NCBI GenBank assembly: GCA_025457965.1
Contig: JALOTJ010000013.1
Span: 5,785 to 69,784 of the forward strand
Direction: 5' to 3'
Length of the DNA: 64,000 nt
Source: Spirochaetota bacterium
Lineage (GTDB): Bacteria > Spirochaetota > UBA4802 > UBA5368
The position numbers and the translations under genes were made by a program. The notes below the pieces were generated by a model. It was not told the origin of the DNA. It did no database searches and was given only the letters and a program-made list of their open reading frames with translations. Positions 17,809 to 25,564 of the stretch are shown here, in pieces. Every line of letters starts with the position of its first letter. Position 1 is the first letter of the stretch.

Positions 17809-18480
17809 ATGCGCGTCATACTGGGATCATCCTCGCCCCGCCGCCGGGAGCTTCTGCGCGGCATCTTCGAAGATTTCAGCGTGATGTCGCCCGACGCGGA
17901 CGAAACGCCCCACAGCGGCGAGCTTCCCGAAGCGTACGCCGCGCGCGTCGCCGCCGACAAGATGTGCTCGCTTATTCCGCTCCTCACGGCGGTGCCGGAA
18001 AGCACCCTGGTCATCACCTGCGACACCATCGTGACGATCGACGGCGCCATCATCGGCAAGCCTTCCGGCTTCGACGACGCGCTCGCCATCCTCGGACGCC
18101 TCTCGGGTCGGACGCACCAGGTGATAAGCGGCCTTAGCCTGGCCCTGCGGTGCGCCGACGGCATCGTTGCCGGCGGCGGAACGGAAGGCTTCGCAACGGC
18201 CACCGGCATCGAGCGTTCGGACATCACCTTCAAGCCGCTGGACCGGGAGGCGCTCGCCGCCTATCTCGGCCGCATCGAGTACATGGACAAGGCCGGGGCG
18301 TACGCAGCGCAGGAGCACGGCGGACTGATCATCGAGCGCATAGAGGGCTCGGTGTCGAACGTCATCGGCTTTCCACTTCGCCTTTTTTATAGGATGCTCG
18401 TCGAGTCGGGAGCGGACGCGTTTTTGACGTACGGCCCCGGCGGCGAGGCGCTTCCCGGAAGCGCCTCGCCCGGACCATAA
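17809..18480 (+). CDS. maf: Maf-family nucleoside-triphosphate pyrophosphatase
   Basis: 223 aa with motifs ILGSSSPRRRELL, DTIV, GKP and AGAYAAQE..IERIEGSVSNVIGFPL. Confidence 0.9.
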   Translation: MRVILGSSSPRRRELLRGIFEDFSVMSPDADETPHSGELPEAYAARVAADKMCSLIPLLTAVPESTLVITCDTIVTIDGAIIGKPSGFDDALAILGRLSGRTHQVISGLSLALRCADGIVAGGGTEGFATATGIERSDITFKPLDREALAAYLGRIEYMDKAGAYAAQEHGGLIIERIEGSVSNVIGFPLRLFYRMLVESGADAFLTYGPGGEALPGSASPGP

Positions 18481-18563
18481 AGGGATTGACCAAATCCGCC
18501 ATAGCGTGCTATCCATTCAGCCGGGGCGGCCGGGACGCCCCACTTCCACCAGGGGCACGCGCC

Positions 18564-19097
18564 ATGACACAGCGAAAAAAGTACGTACTCGATAAAAAGT
18601 TCCAGCTCAAGACCGCCTTTTCGATCATCGGCGTCATACTGGTGGTGTCGGCCATCGTCGTCGCGGCCATCAGCGCCAACGTCAGCATGAACAACAGGCG
18701 GCTCAACAACATCATCGTGCTCTACAACAACAACGTGGAGGCGCTGCTCGCCTTTTCGCAGGAGGCCGCGGGCGCGGAAAACCTGCCGATCGCCAACGTC
18801 TCGCGGATTCACGCGCAGAACGTCGAGACCATGGAACGGATCATTACACAGAACAACGCGCTCCTCTGGGGCATCGTGGTGTTCATCCTGGCGCAGGCCG
18901 TCATTCTTTTCGTCGCGCTCATCCGCAAGACGCATCACATCTCCGGCCCCATTTACGTCATGTCCGGGTATATAAAGGAAATCATCGCGGGGAGGCTTCC
19001 GTCGCCGCGGGCGCTGCGGAAGAACGATGAGCTCAAGGAGTTTTACGCGCTGTTCGGGGAGATGGTGGAGGCGATTAAAAGGCGCGGGAAGGAGTGA
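18564..19097 (+). CDS. Two-TM membrane protein with a C-terminal HAMP-like linker only
   Basis: I trimmed the start to MTQRKKYVL. There are two hydrophobic helices. The HAMP-like segment ISGPIYVMSGYIKEIIAGRLPSPRALRKNDELKEFYALFGEMVEAI follows, with no output domain. Confidence 0.6.
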   Translation: MTQRKKYVLDKKFQLKTAFSIIGVILVVSAIVVAAISANVSMNNRRLNNIIVLYNNNVEALLAFSQEAAGAENLPIANVSRIHAQNVETMERIITQNNALLWGIVVFILAQAVILFVALIRKTHHISGPIYVMSGYIKEIIAGRLPSPRALRKNDELKEFYALFGEMVEAIKRRGKE

Positions 19098-19168
19098 GGA
19101 CCGGGTGAGCCCGATGCGGGGCCATCATCCTGCTACTTTCAGTTAATGCCCACCCTTCCCCAGGGACA

Positions 19169-19435
19169 TCACTTTCCCCCGGGACGGTCCTTCAGCCGCT
19201 CGAAGAACTCATCGCGTGGTTCCATCCCGACGGGGTATACGCCGGCACCTGTGTGCCGCACGTAGAGTTTTCCCATGGCGCTGTCCGGCAACCGATTCTC
19301 TCCTTGAGTCCGTTCGAAACAGAACGTTAAGGAGAGCTGTGACGCACAGGATGTGCCGATGCCGGCGAAGTGACAGGAGGTTGCGTCCTTCGCCGGCGCG
19401 GGGGCTGTGAGGATTCGTTCAGCATCGTGAATCAT
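19169..19435 (-). CDS. Hypothetical protein (88 aa from the internal Met)
   Basis: Sequence MIHDAERILT...GKLYVRHTGAGVYPVGMEPRDEFFERLKDRPGGK. Codon usage looks coding-like, but I recognise no motif. The longer track ORF would run through the 50-bp palindrome. Confidence 0.3.
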   Translation of the reverse strand: MIHDAERILTAPAPAKDATSCHFAGIGTSCASQLSLTFCFERTQGENRLPDSAMGKLYVRHTGAGVYPVGMEPRDEFFERLKDRPGGK

Positions 19436-19441
19436 CCAGGA

Positions 19442-19491
19442 CCCGTGCCCCGGAAGGCGCGCAAACGTTTGCGCGCCTTCCGGGGCACGGG
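19442..19491. repeat. Perfect 50-bp palindrome (25-nt arms, no spacer)
   Basis: cccgtgccccggaaggcgcgcaaac|gtttgcgcgccttccggggcacggg. The right arm is the exact reverse complement of the left. It lies between the start of the minus ORF (19435) and tRNA-Gly. Confidence 0.95.
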
Positions 19492-19561
19492 AAAAAAGTA
19501 TTGACTTCCACCACCATCCCACCCCATTTTACACCTGCGCGCCGTACACGGCGCGCGAAGC

Positions 19562-19633
19562 GCGGGCGTAATTCAGTGGTAGAATGTCAGCTTCCCAAGC
19601 TGGACGTCGTGGGTTCGAGCCCCATCGCCCGCT
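19562..19633 (+). tRNA. tRNA-Gly (anticodon CCC)
   Basis: Hand-folded cloverleaf: acceptor GCGGGCG/CGCCCGC, D stem ATTC/GAAT, anticodon stem TCAGC/GCTGG with loop TTCCCAA, and T arm GTGGG-TTCGAGC-CCCAT. The discriminator is T and no CCA is encoded. Confidence 0.9.
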
Positions 19634-19707
19634 CATCGTTCGAATCAACGGCACGCACGATGGAACGCCCGGGGGGCGTTCCTCCGCTATATACGGGATA
19701 ACCGCGC

Positions 19708-20646
19708 ATGAAGACAATCCAGACACCGTTAGTCCGCACCGGGGTCGCCACCGCCATAGGGAACACCCCCATGGTGCGACTCAGGCACCTCTCGCCCAAT
19801 CCGCGCGTGGCCATACTCGTTAAGCTGGAGGGCTCAAACCCCGGCGGATCGGTGAAGGACCGCCCCGCGTATTACATGCTCAAAAAAGCCATCGAGAGCG
19901 GCGAGCTTACGCCCGATAAAATCATCCTCGAGCCCACCAGCGGGAACACCGGCATAGGCCTGGCCATGGTCGGCGTGTCCATGGGGTACCGGGTAACGCT
20001 GTGCATGCCCGAGTGCGTCAGCATGGAGCGGCGAAGCATCCTCCAGGCCTTCGGCGCCGACCTGGTGCTTACGGCCGGCTGCCGCATGACCGACGGCGCC
20101 ATCGTGGAGGCGCGGCGCATGATGGAGGCCGAGCCCGGCAAGTACTACATGCCCGACCAGTTCTCCAATCCCGCCAACGTCCTCGCCCACTACGAGACCA
20201 CCGGGCCGGAGATCATCGAGCAGGCCGGCGGCCCCGTAACGGCCTTCGTGGCGGGCCTTGGGACCACGGGCACCATCATGGGCGTCGGAAGGCGCCTCAG
20301 GGAGCACGACCCGTCCACCAGAATCATCGCGGTCGAGCCGGCCGTGGGCCACACCATCCAGGGCCTTAAGAACATGAGCGAAAGCATCGTCCCGGCCATA
20401 TACGACCCGGCGACGATCGACGAGATACTGACCGTCGGCGACGAGGAGGCCTTCGCGGCCTGTCACGAGCTTGCGGTGCGCGAGGGGCTTTTCTGCGGCA
20501 TGTCCAGCGGCGCGGCCGTCGCCGGAGCGATACGCGTGGCGCGCACGATGGACGTGGGGACGATCGTCACCATTCTCCCCGACCGCGGCGACCGCTATCT
20601 CTCGACCGCGCTCTTTAAATCATTCTGTGCCAAGTGCCCGCCCTAG
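19708..20646 (+). CDS. cysK: Cysteine synthase family PLP enzyme (CysK/CysM-like)
   Basis: 312 aa with motifs NPGGSVKDRPA (the PLP lysine), EPTSGNTGIGLA and GLGTTGTIMG. Confidence 0.9.
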   Translation: MKTIQTPLVRTGVATAIGNTPMVRLRHLSPNPRVAILVKLEGSNPGGSVKDRPAYYMLKKAIESGELTPDKIILEPTSGNTGIGLAMVGVSMGYRVTLCMPECVSMERRSILQAFGADLVLTAGCRMTDGAIVEARRMMEAEPGKYYMPDQFSNPANVLAHYETTGPEIIEQAGGPVTAFVAGLGTTGTIMGVGRRLREHDPSTRIIAVEPAVGHTIQGLKNMSESIVPAIYDPATIDEILTVGDEEAFAACHELAVREGLFCGMSSGAAVAGAIRVARTMDVGTIVTILPDRGDRYLSTALFKSFCAKCPP

Positions 20647-20723
20647 GGCCGGGGCCGCACCGCAATCGCACGTATACACATCGTACAACGACGCACCACA
20701 CCACCGTACAGGGACAGTGAACC

Positions 20724-21152
20724 ATGCCCAGGGAACGCACGCTCTCAATGATCAAGCCCGACGCCGTCGGCAGGAACATCATCGGCGAGATCTACTCGCG
20801 CTTCGAGAAAAACGGCCTGCGCATCGCCGCCGCACGCATGCTGCGCCTGTCGGTCGACGACGCACGGCGCTTCTACGCCGAGCACCAGGGACAGCCCTAC
20901 TTCGAACCGCTGATCGAGTTCATGACCTCGGGGCCTATACTGGCCCAGGTGCTGGAAGGCGATGACGCGATCGCCAAAAACCGCGAGATAATGGGGAAAA
21001 CCAACTCCCCGGAGGCGGCGCCGGGGACCATACGGCGCGATTTCGGCGAGAACAACCGCCGCAACGCCGTCCACGGATCGGACAGCGTACAAAGCGCGGA
21101 AAGGGAGATAGCGTTTTTCTTTAAACCCGAAGAGGTATTCGTCCGCTGGTAG
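20724..21152 (+). CDS. ndk: Nucleoside-diphosphate kinase
   Basis: 142 aa with motifs [20 protein letters not shown] and NAVHGSDS (the active-site His). Confidence 0.95.
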   Translation: MPRERTLSMIKPDAVGRNIIGEIYSRFEKNGLRIAAARMLRLSVDDARRFYAEHQGQPYFEPLIEFMTSGPILAQVLEGDDAIAKNREIMGKTNSPEAAPGTIRRDFGENNRRNAVHGSDSVQSAEREIAFFFKPEEVFVRW

Positions 21153-21191
21153 GCCAAAGCACAGGCCCCGACGCCCCGCCGCAACGGCGGC

Positions 21192-23603
21192 CTAACGGCC
21201 GGGAAGGCGGAGGCGCACCAGGCTTTTTACCCTGAACCCCGCTAGCCGCGCCAAAAAGCCCAGGCGCGTCCCGTAGCCGATCGTTACCAGCGAAAGCGCA
21301 AGCCCCAGAAGCGATACGGAGACGGCCACCCACCGGCGGTACAGCCGCTTCTGCAGTTCCTCGGCATAGGCCATTACCGGTGAAAGGTCGCGCCGCGCCG
21401 AGATGACGAAACTCGTAGTGACCGGCGGCGTCCAGAACAGGGTTTTCACGCCATCCACTACCCGGTAATACTGGGCCCGCGCGCTGACATAATAGGAACC
21501 CTCCTCGAGGTCATTGAACGCGATGGTCTCACCGGTATGGTTTATCTCCGTCGGCGCGCGCCCGGGCTCGTTCCCCGCCAGCAGCGAATAGCCGGTGATA
21601 AATTCCGGTCGGATGTTCCGCGGCACGATGCGCGCCTGGAACGAACCCCGGTCGAACGGGTTTTTGGGGTCGAACGGGAAGACGATCTCCACGCGCGGAA
21701 CCGCCGGGCGGGCAGGCCCGATCCCGGGACCGAAATCAAGGCCCTTCGCGATTCGCTCGTAGGCCGCCTGGTCGAGCGCTTCGGCCCTGTTGACGATAAT
21801 TTCGTACACCGAGACGCGGCCCATGGTGTTCGTTTTATCCACCGCGGCCAGCGTAAAAAAGTAACGCCCGTCATCCAGTCCCTCGAACGCGGCCTCGAAA
21901 TCGGCGCTGAACGTGGCGGGGCGCGCGGCGTTATCGCGCGCGATGCTGTAGAGAAAACCCTTCAGGCGTTCCCTCTCGCCCATCGTCCAGCGAAACCGCG
22001 GCGAGCGCGACGTTGACACCTGCGATTCCGGGTGCGTCGCGGAAGCCACCAGCGGCCCGGCGAGCTGGTTTTTGCTCACCTGCAGGGGGTAGTGGATGGT
22101 ACGGCTGTAGTTGCCGGCGCCGTCCACCGCGCGGATATGGAAATAGCTGATGCCGTCGTCGAGGTCGGGAATGCGATAGGTGCGAATGTTACCCTCGAGG
22201 TTCTGGACCGCCGGGATAAAGTCGGGCTCCTTGTTTACGATGACGGCATAACCGGCGATCCCGGACTCATCCGCCGGGGGCTTCCACTGCAAAAGCGCCG
22301 TCGAATCCCTGGACCAGGCGTTTTCGGGATGCGTCGGCGAAGTAATGACCGGGATATCGACATATATGTCCGAGTGCTTCGCCGCCACCCGGTCGGCCTC
22401 CTCCCAGATGGCGACCACGCGCGCGTTCGACGACACCATTACAGGCTTTCGGGCCGGGACGTTCTGCGGCGAAAGCCGGTTTTCGGCCGAGAAGGCCCGG
22501 TCGGCGATCATGTACTTCCTGGACATTATGCCCGGCCTGACCTCCCGCGTGTCGTACCACACGATCACGAGCTCATCGATTCTGCCCGGCCTCACCTGGG
22601 GAGAATAACAGTTCGCGTTGGTGGAGGTGACATCGAGCGGCCGTACGGTCCAGGTTTTCCCGTAATCGCCGCCCCGGAGCATTTTTATCCCCCAGTTTTT
22701 GTCGTCGTTGTTCTGGTATACGCAGTAGATCGTATCGCGATAGAGAGCGATCGACGGCGCGGCATCGTTGGCCGGGCTTTGGGTTATCCTCCTGGCGGAG
22801 CTCCAGCTGCGGCCGTAATTTTCCGAGCGGATGAAATACAGGTCGTCGGCGAGCACGCCGCGGAAATCGCCCTTGCCCTGCCATACCACGAATATATAAT
22901 TGCCCTCAAGGTGCACCGCCGGGAAGAACGAACCGCGCAGGTCGCCGACCCTGGCCAGGACAGCGGGCTCGTCGAAGGTCTTGCCGTCGGGGCTCTCGGT
23001 GTGGAAAAGCGTGAACGCGCCCAGGCGCTGGCCGTGGTAAAAGAGATGCAGGGTGTCGCGGTCGTCGTAAAAGATCATCGGCAAAAGCTCGGTGTCGGAG
23101 GGCAGATACACCCTCGAAGGTGCTGCCCAGGTGGCCCCCATGTCGGTCGAGAGCGAATAGAACACCCTGCTTTTCGCGTCTTCGGGCAGGATGTTCTGCC
23201 ACACCACGGCCACCTGCCCGGACCCCGAAACCGCTATGTACGGATAGTGGTCCATCCCCATCGCCACGTCCGCGATCGGTATCGGATCGAAGAACGATTT
23301 CCCGCCGTCGAACGAAAGCGCCGCGTAGATGCGATGGGCCTTTTTGTCCGCGCCCTCGAATACGGCCGCGATGAACCTTCCGCGCGAGGCGACATGGATG
23401 TTGCGCGCCGCGACGCCGACCGGGGAGATGAAAAAGCTCTTTTCCCAGCCCACCGGGAATGTCGACACCTTTGTGCTCACCGATACAACGACGAGCACCC
23501 CCGCGGCCACCACGAGGCCCGCGAGCGACCATATCGCCTGGCGTACGTACGGGTAGCGAAGATGCAGACCGTAAAGGCCCGAAACGATCCGGTTCATCGG
23601 CAT
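21192..23603 (-). CDS. Bitopic envelope protein: BNR/Asp-box beta-propeller (sialidase-like fold) plus FN3/Ig-like segment plus C-terminal TM helix
   Basis: 803 aa with an N-terminal TM (WSLAGLVVAAGVLVVVSV). Asp-box variants are SFDGGKSF, STDMGATW, SENYGRSW and GGDYGKTW. The FN3-like segment is GIAGYAVIVNKEP...YFHIRAVDGAGNYS. The C-terminal TM is WVAVSVSLLGLALSLVTIGY. Confidence 0.75.
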   Translation of the reverse strand: MPMNRIVSGLYGLHLRYPYVRQAIWSLAGLVVAAGVLVVVSVSTKVSTFPVGWEKSFFISPVGVAARNIHVASRGRFIAAVFEGADKKAHRIYAALSFDGGKSFFDPIPIADVAMGMDHYPYIAVSGSGQVAVVWQNILPEDAKSRVFYSLSTDMGATWAAPSRVYLPSDTELLPMIFYDDRDTLHLFYHGQRLGAFTLFHTESPDGKTFDEPAVLARVGDLRGSFFPAVHLEGNYIFVVWQGKGDFRGVLADDLYFIRSENYGRSWSSARRITQSPANDAAPSIALYRDTIYCVYQNNDDKNWGIKMLRGGDYGKTWTVRPLDVTSTNANCYSPQVRPGRIDELVIVWYDTREVRPGIMSRKYMIADRAFSAENRLSPQNVPARKPVMVSSNARVVAIWEEADRVAAKHSDIYVDIPVITSPTHPENAWSRDSTALLQWKPPADESGIAGYAVIVNKEPDFIPAVQNLEGNIRTYRIPDLDDGISYFHIRAVDGAGNYSRTIHYPLQVSKNQLAGPLVASATHPESQVSTSRSPRFRWTMGERERLKGFLYSIARDNAARPATFSADFEAAFEGLDDGRYFFTLAAVDKTNTMGRVSVYEIIVNRAEALDQAAYERIAKGLDFGPGIGPARPAVPRVEIVFPFDPKNPFDRGSFQARIVPRNIRPEFITGYSLLAGNEPGRAPTEINHTGETIAFNDLEEGSYYVSARAQYYRVVDGVKTLFWTPPVTTSFVISARRDLSPVMAYAEELQKRLYRRWVAVSVSLLGLALSLVTIGYGTRLGFLARLAGFRVKSLVRLRLPGR

Positions 23604-23751
23604 TCCTGGAAATATCGCATAGTGTCGTTACTACTGTATTAATCGGCATCACGGGCGGGCCGCACCCTTCGAAAATGCCCGACAATGACTGAAAAATAGC
23701 GATTTACGGCCGTTTCTTCCAGCAAAAAAAACGCCGATTCCGGTAATTTAA

Positions 23752-23779
23752 TTGCCATGCGGGCACTTCCGTCTATTAT
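23752..23779 (+). promoter_or_regulatory. Candidate sigma70 promoter (TTGCCA-N16-TATTAT)
   Basis: ttgcca is at 23752-23757 and tattat at 23774-23779, about 65 nt upstream of the antiporter ATG. Confidence 0.35.
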
Positions 23780-23844
23780 GCATAAAGGCGTCATCGGGGC
23801 CGGTTTTTCCTCCGTAAAAACCAGGGGTTTTCCTTTCGACCGGA

Positions 23845-25539
23845 ATGAACACGCTTTCAGGCAACGACATCGTCGTCCTCTTCCTCGGTATAGCGCTGAT
23901 GCTCGGCACGGGCAGGATCTTCGGCGAGCTTTTCAGGCGCGTGCGACTCCCCTCGGTCGTCGGCGAGATACTCGCCGGCATCTGCATCGGACCGAGCCTC
24001 CTGGGCCGAATCGCCCCCGATTTCTTCCAGTGGATTTTTCCCGCCGGCACGCGCGGTTCCACGGCCATGGAGGCCATCGTCTACATGGGGGTGGTATTCC
24101 TTCTGCTCGTCGCCGGGCTCGAGGTCGACCTGTCGACGGTGCTCAAGCGGGGAAAACCCGTCTTCGTCATCAGTGCGTTCAACATTGCCCTGCCCTTCGC
24201 GTCCGGGTTTTGCCTGGCGTTCTTCGCACCCGGCCTCTTCGGGCGCGGCGACGATATCGTGCTGGCCCTGTTCATCGGCGTTGCGCTCTCGATCACGGCG
24301 CTCCCCATCATAGCGAAGATACTCCTGGATATGCGCCTGTTCCACACCGATTTCGGCATGCTCGTTCTCGCCTCGGCGATGATAAACGACCTCTTCGGAT
24401 GGATCGTGTTTTCGATCATCGTGCAGCTCGCCTCGACCGGCGCGTTCGACATGGGCTTCGTCGCGAAAACGGCGCTCTTGAGCATCGCGGTAGCCATCGC
24501 GATTCTCACGGCGGTGCGCTCGCTGATCAACCAGGCGCTCCCCTGGATCGAGAAGCACACGGACTGGCCCGGCGGCACCATCGCCTTCATCGTCTCGATA
24601 GGGCTCGTCTGCTCGGCGGTGACCGAGGCGATCGGCGTTCACGCCATTTTCGGCGCTTTCCTGGCGGGCATCGCCGTCGGGGACTCCCCGCACCTGCGCG
24701 AGCACACCAAGGACATCATCAACCAGTTCATCAACAACATCTTCGCGCCGCTGTTTTTCGTCTCTATCGGCCTCGGGGTCGATTTCATCGGCAATTTCGA
24801 CCCGCTCCTCACGGCCATTCTCATTGCGCTCGCCTTCGGGGGAAAATTCGCCGGATCGCTGATAGGAGGCAGACTTTCAGGGATCCCCCTCAGGGAATCC
24901 CTGCTGACGGGATCGGCGATGAGCGCGCTCGGCGCCATGGGCATTATCATCGGGATAATGGCGCTCAGATACGGAATAATACCGGAGAGCACCTACGTAT
25001 CAATAGTGATCATGGCGCTCGCCACCTCGCTGATGAGCGGCCCGCTCATCAGCCTTTTCCTTAAATCGGAAGAGCCCCTGCCGCTCGCCGCACTGATCGA
25101 TGAGGCCACCTTCGTGGCGGCCCTGTCCGGCGATACCTCGTCCGCCGCCATCCGCCAGATGGCGGCGGCGGCCTCGCGCAAAACCGGCCTCGACGCGACA
25201 CTGATCGCCGAACGCGCCATCGAGCGCGAGTCGATCATGAGCACCGGCATCGGCGAGGGCATCGCGGTGCCGCACGTCCGCATGGCCGAAATCCTGAGGC
25301 CCTGCGTCATCACGGGGCTTTCGACGGCCGGCATCGACTTCGACGCCCCGGACGGCATGCCCGCGCATATCATTTTTCTCATCCTCACCCCGCCCGGCGA
25401 CCAAAACTCACAGATCCGCATTCTCGCGGAGATATCGCGCGTCTTTACCGATGCCGCCATAAAAAGACTTGCCCTGCGGGCAAAGGATCATGTAGAATTC
25501 ATCGGGGCAATCGGCCGGGCCGGTATGCCGACGGAATAA
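23845..25539 (+). CDS. CPA2 (Kef-type) cation:proton antiporter fused to a C-terminal PTS EIIA(Ntr/Fru)-type domain
   Basis: 564 aa. The N-terminus (LGTGRIFGELFRRVRLPSVVGEILAGICIGPSLLG) is followed by about 12 TM helices. The C-terminal ~150 aa carry STGIGEGIAVPHVRM (EIIA phospho-His context) and AHIIFLILTP. Confidence 0.85.
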   Translation: MNTLSGNDIVVLFLGIALMLGTGRIFGELFRRVRLPSVVGEILAGICIGPSLLGRIAPDFFQWIFPAGTRGSTAMEAIVYMGVVFLLLVAGLEVDLSTVLKRGKPVFVISAFNIALPFASGFCLAFFAPGLFGRGDDIVLALFIGVALSITALPIIAKILLDMRLFHTDFGMLVLASAMINDLFGWIVFSIIVQLASTGAFDMGFVAKTALLSIAVAIAILTAVRSLINQALPWIEKHTDWPGGTIAFIVSIGLVCSAVTEAIGVHAIFGAFLAGIAVGDSPHLREHTKDIINQFINNIFAPLFFVSIGLGVDFIGNFDPLLTAILIALAFGGKFAGSLIGGRLSGIPLRESLLTGSAMSALGAMGIIIGIMALRYGIIPESTYVSIVIMALATSLMSGPLISLFLKSEEPLPLAALIDEATFVAALSGDTSSAAIRQMAAAASRKTGLDATLIAERAIERESIMSTGIGEGIAVPHVRMAEILRPCVITGLSTAGIDFDAPDGMPAHIIFLILTPPGDQNSQIRILAEISRVFTDAAIKRLALRAKDHVEFIGAIGRAGMPTE

Positions 25540-25564
25540 AAAGAATTCGAGGGGAATATCCCGG

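Noticed and set aside
19442-19700. A tRNA-Gly-associated genomic island or integration site.
   Set aside because: There is no integrase, no visible direct repeat of the tRNA 3' end, and housekeeping cysK/ndk follow directly. Only the palindrome is unusual, and it is reported separately.
22032-23642. A 536-aa plus-strand ORF antisense to the BNR protein, plus a 259-aa minus alternative frame at 22906-23685.
   Set aside because: There are no motifs and the composition is Arg/Gly/His-rich. The BNR frame has Asp-boxes and TM anchors.
23757-25064. A 435-aa plus-strand ORF in an alternative frame of the antiporter gene.
   Set aside because: It is Arg/His/Pro-rich with no hydrophobic helices. The neighbouring frame encodes a textbook CPA2 N-terminus.
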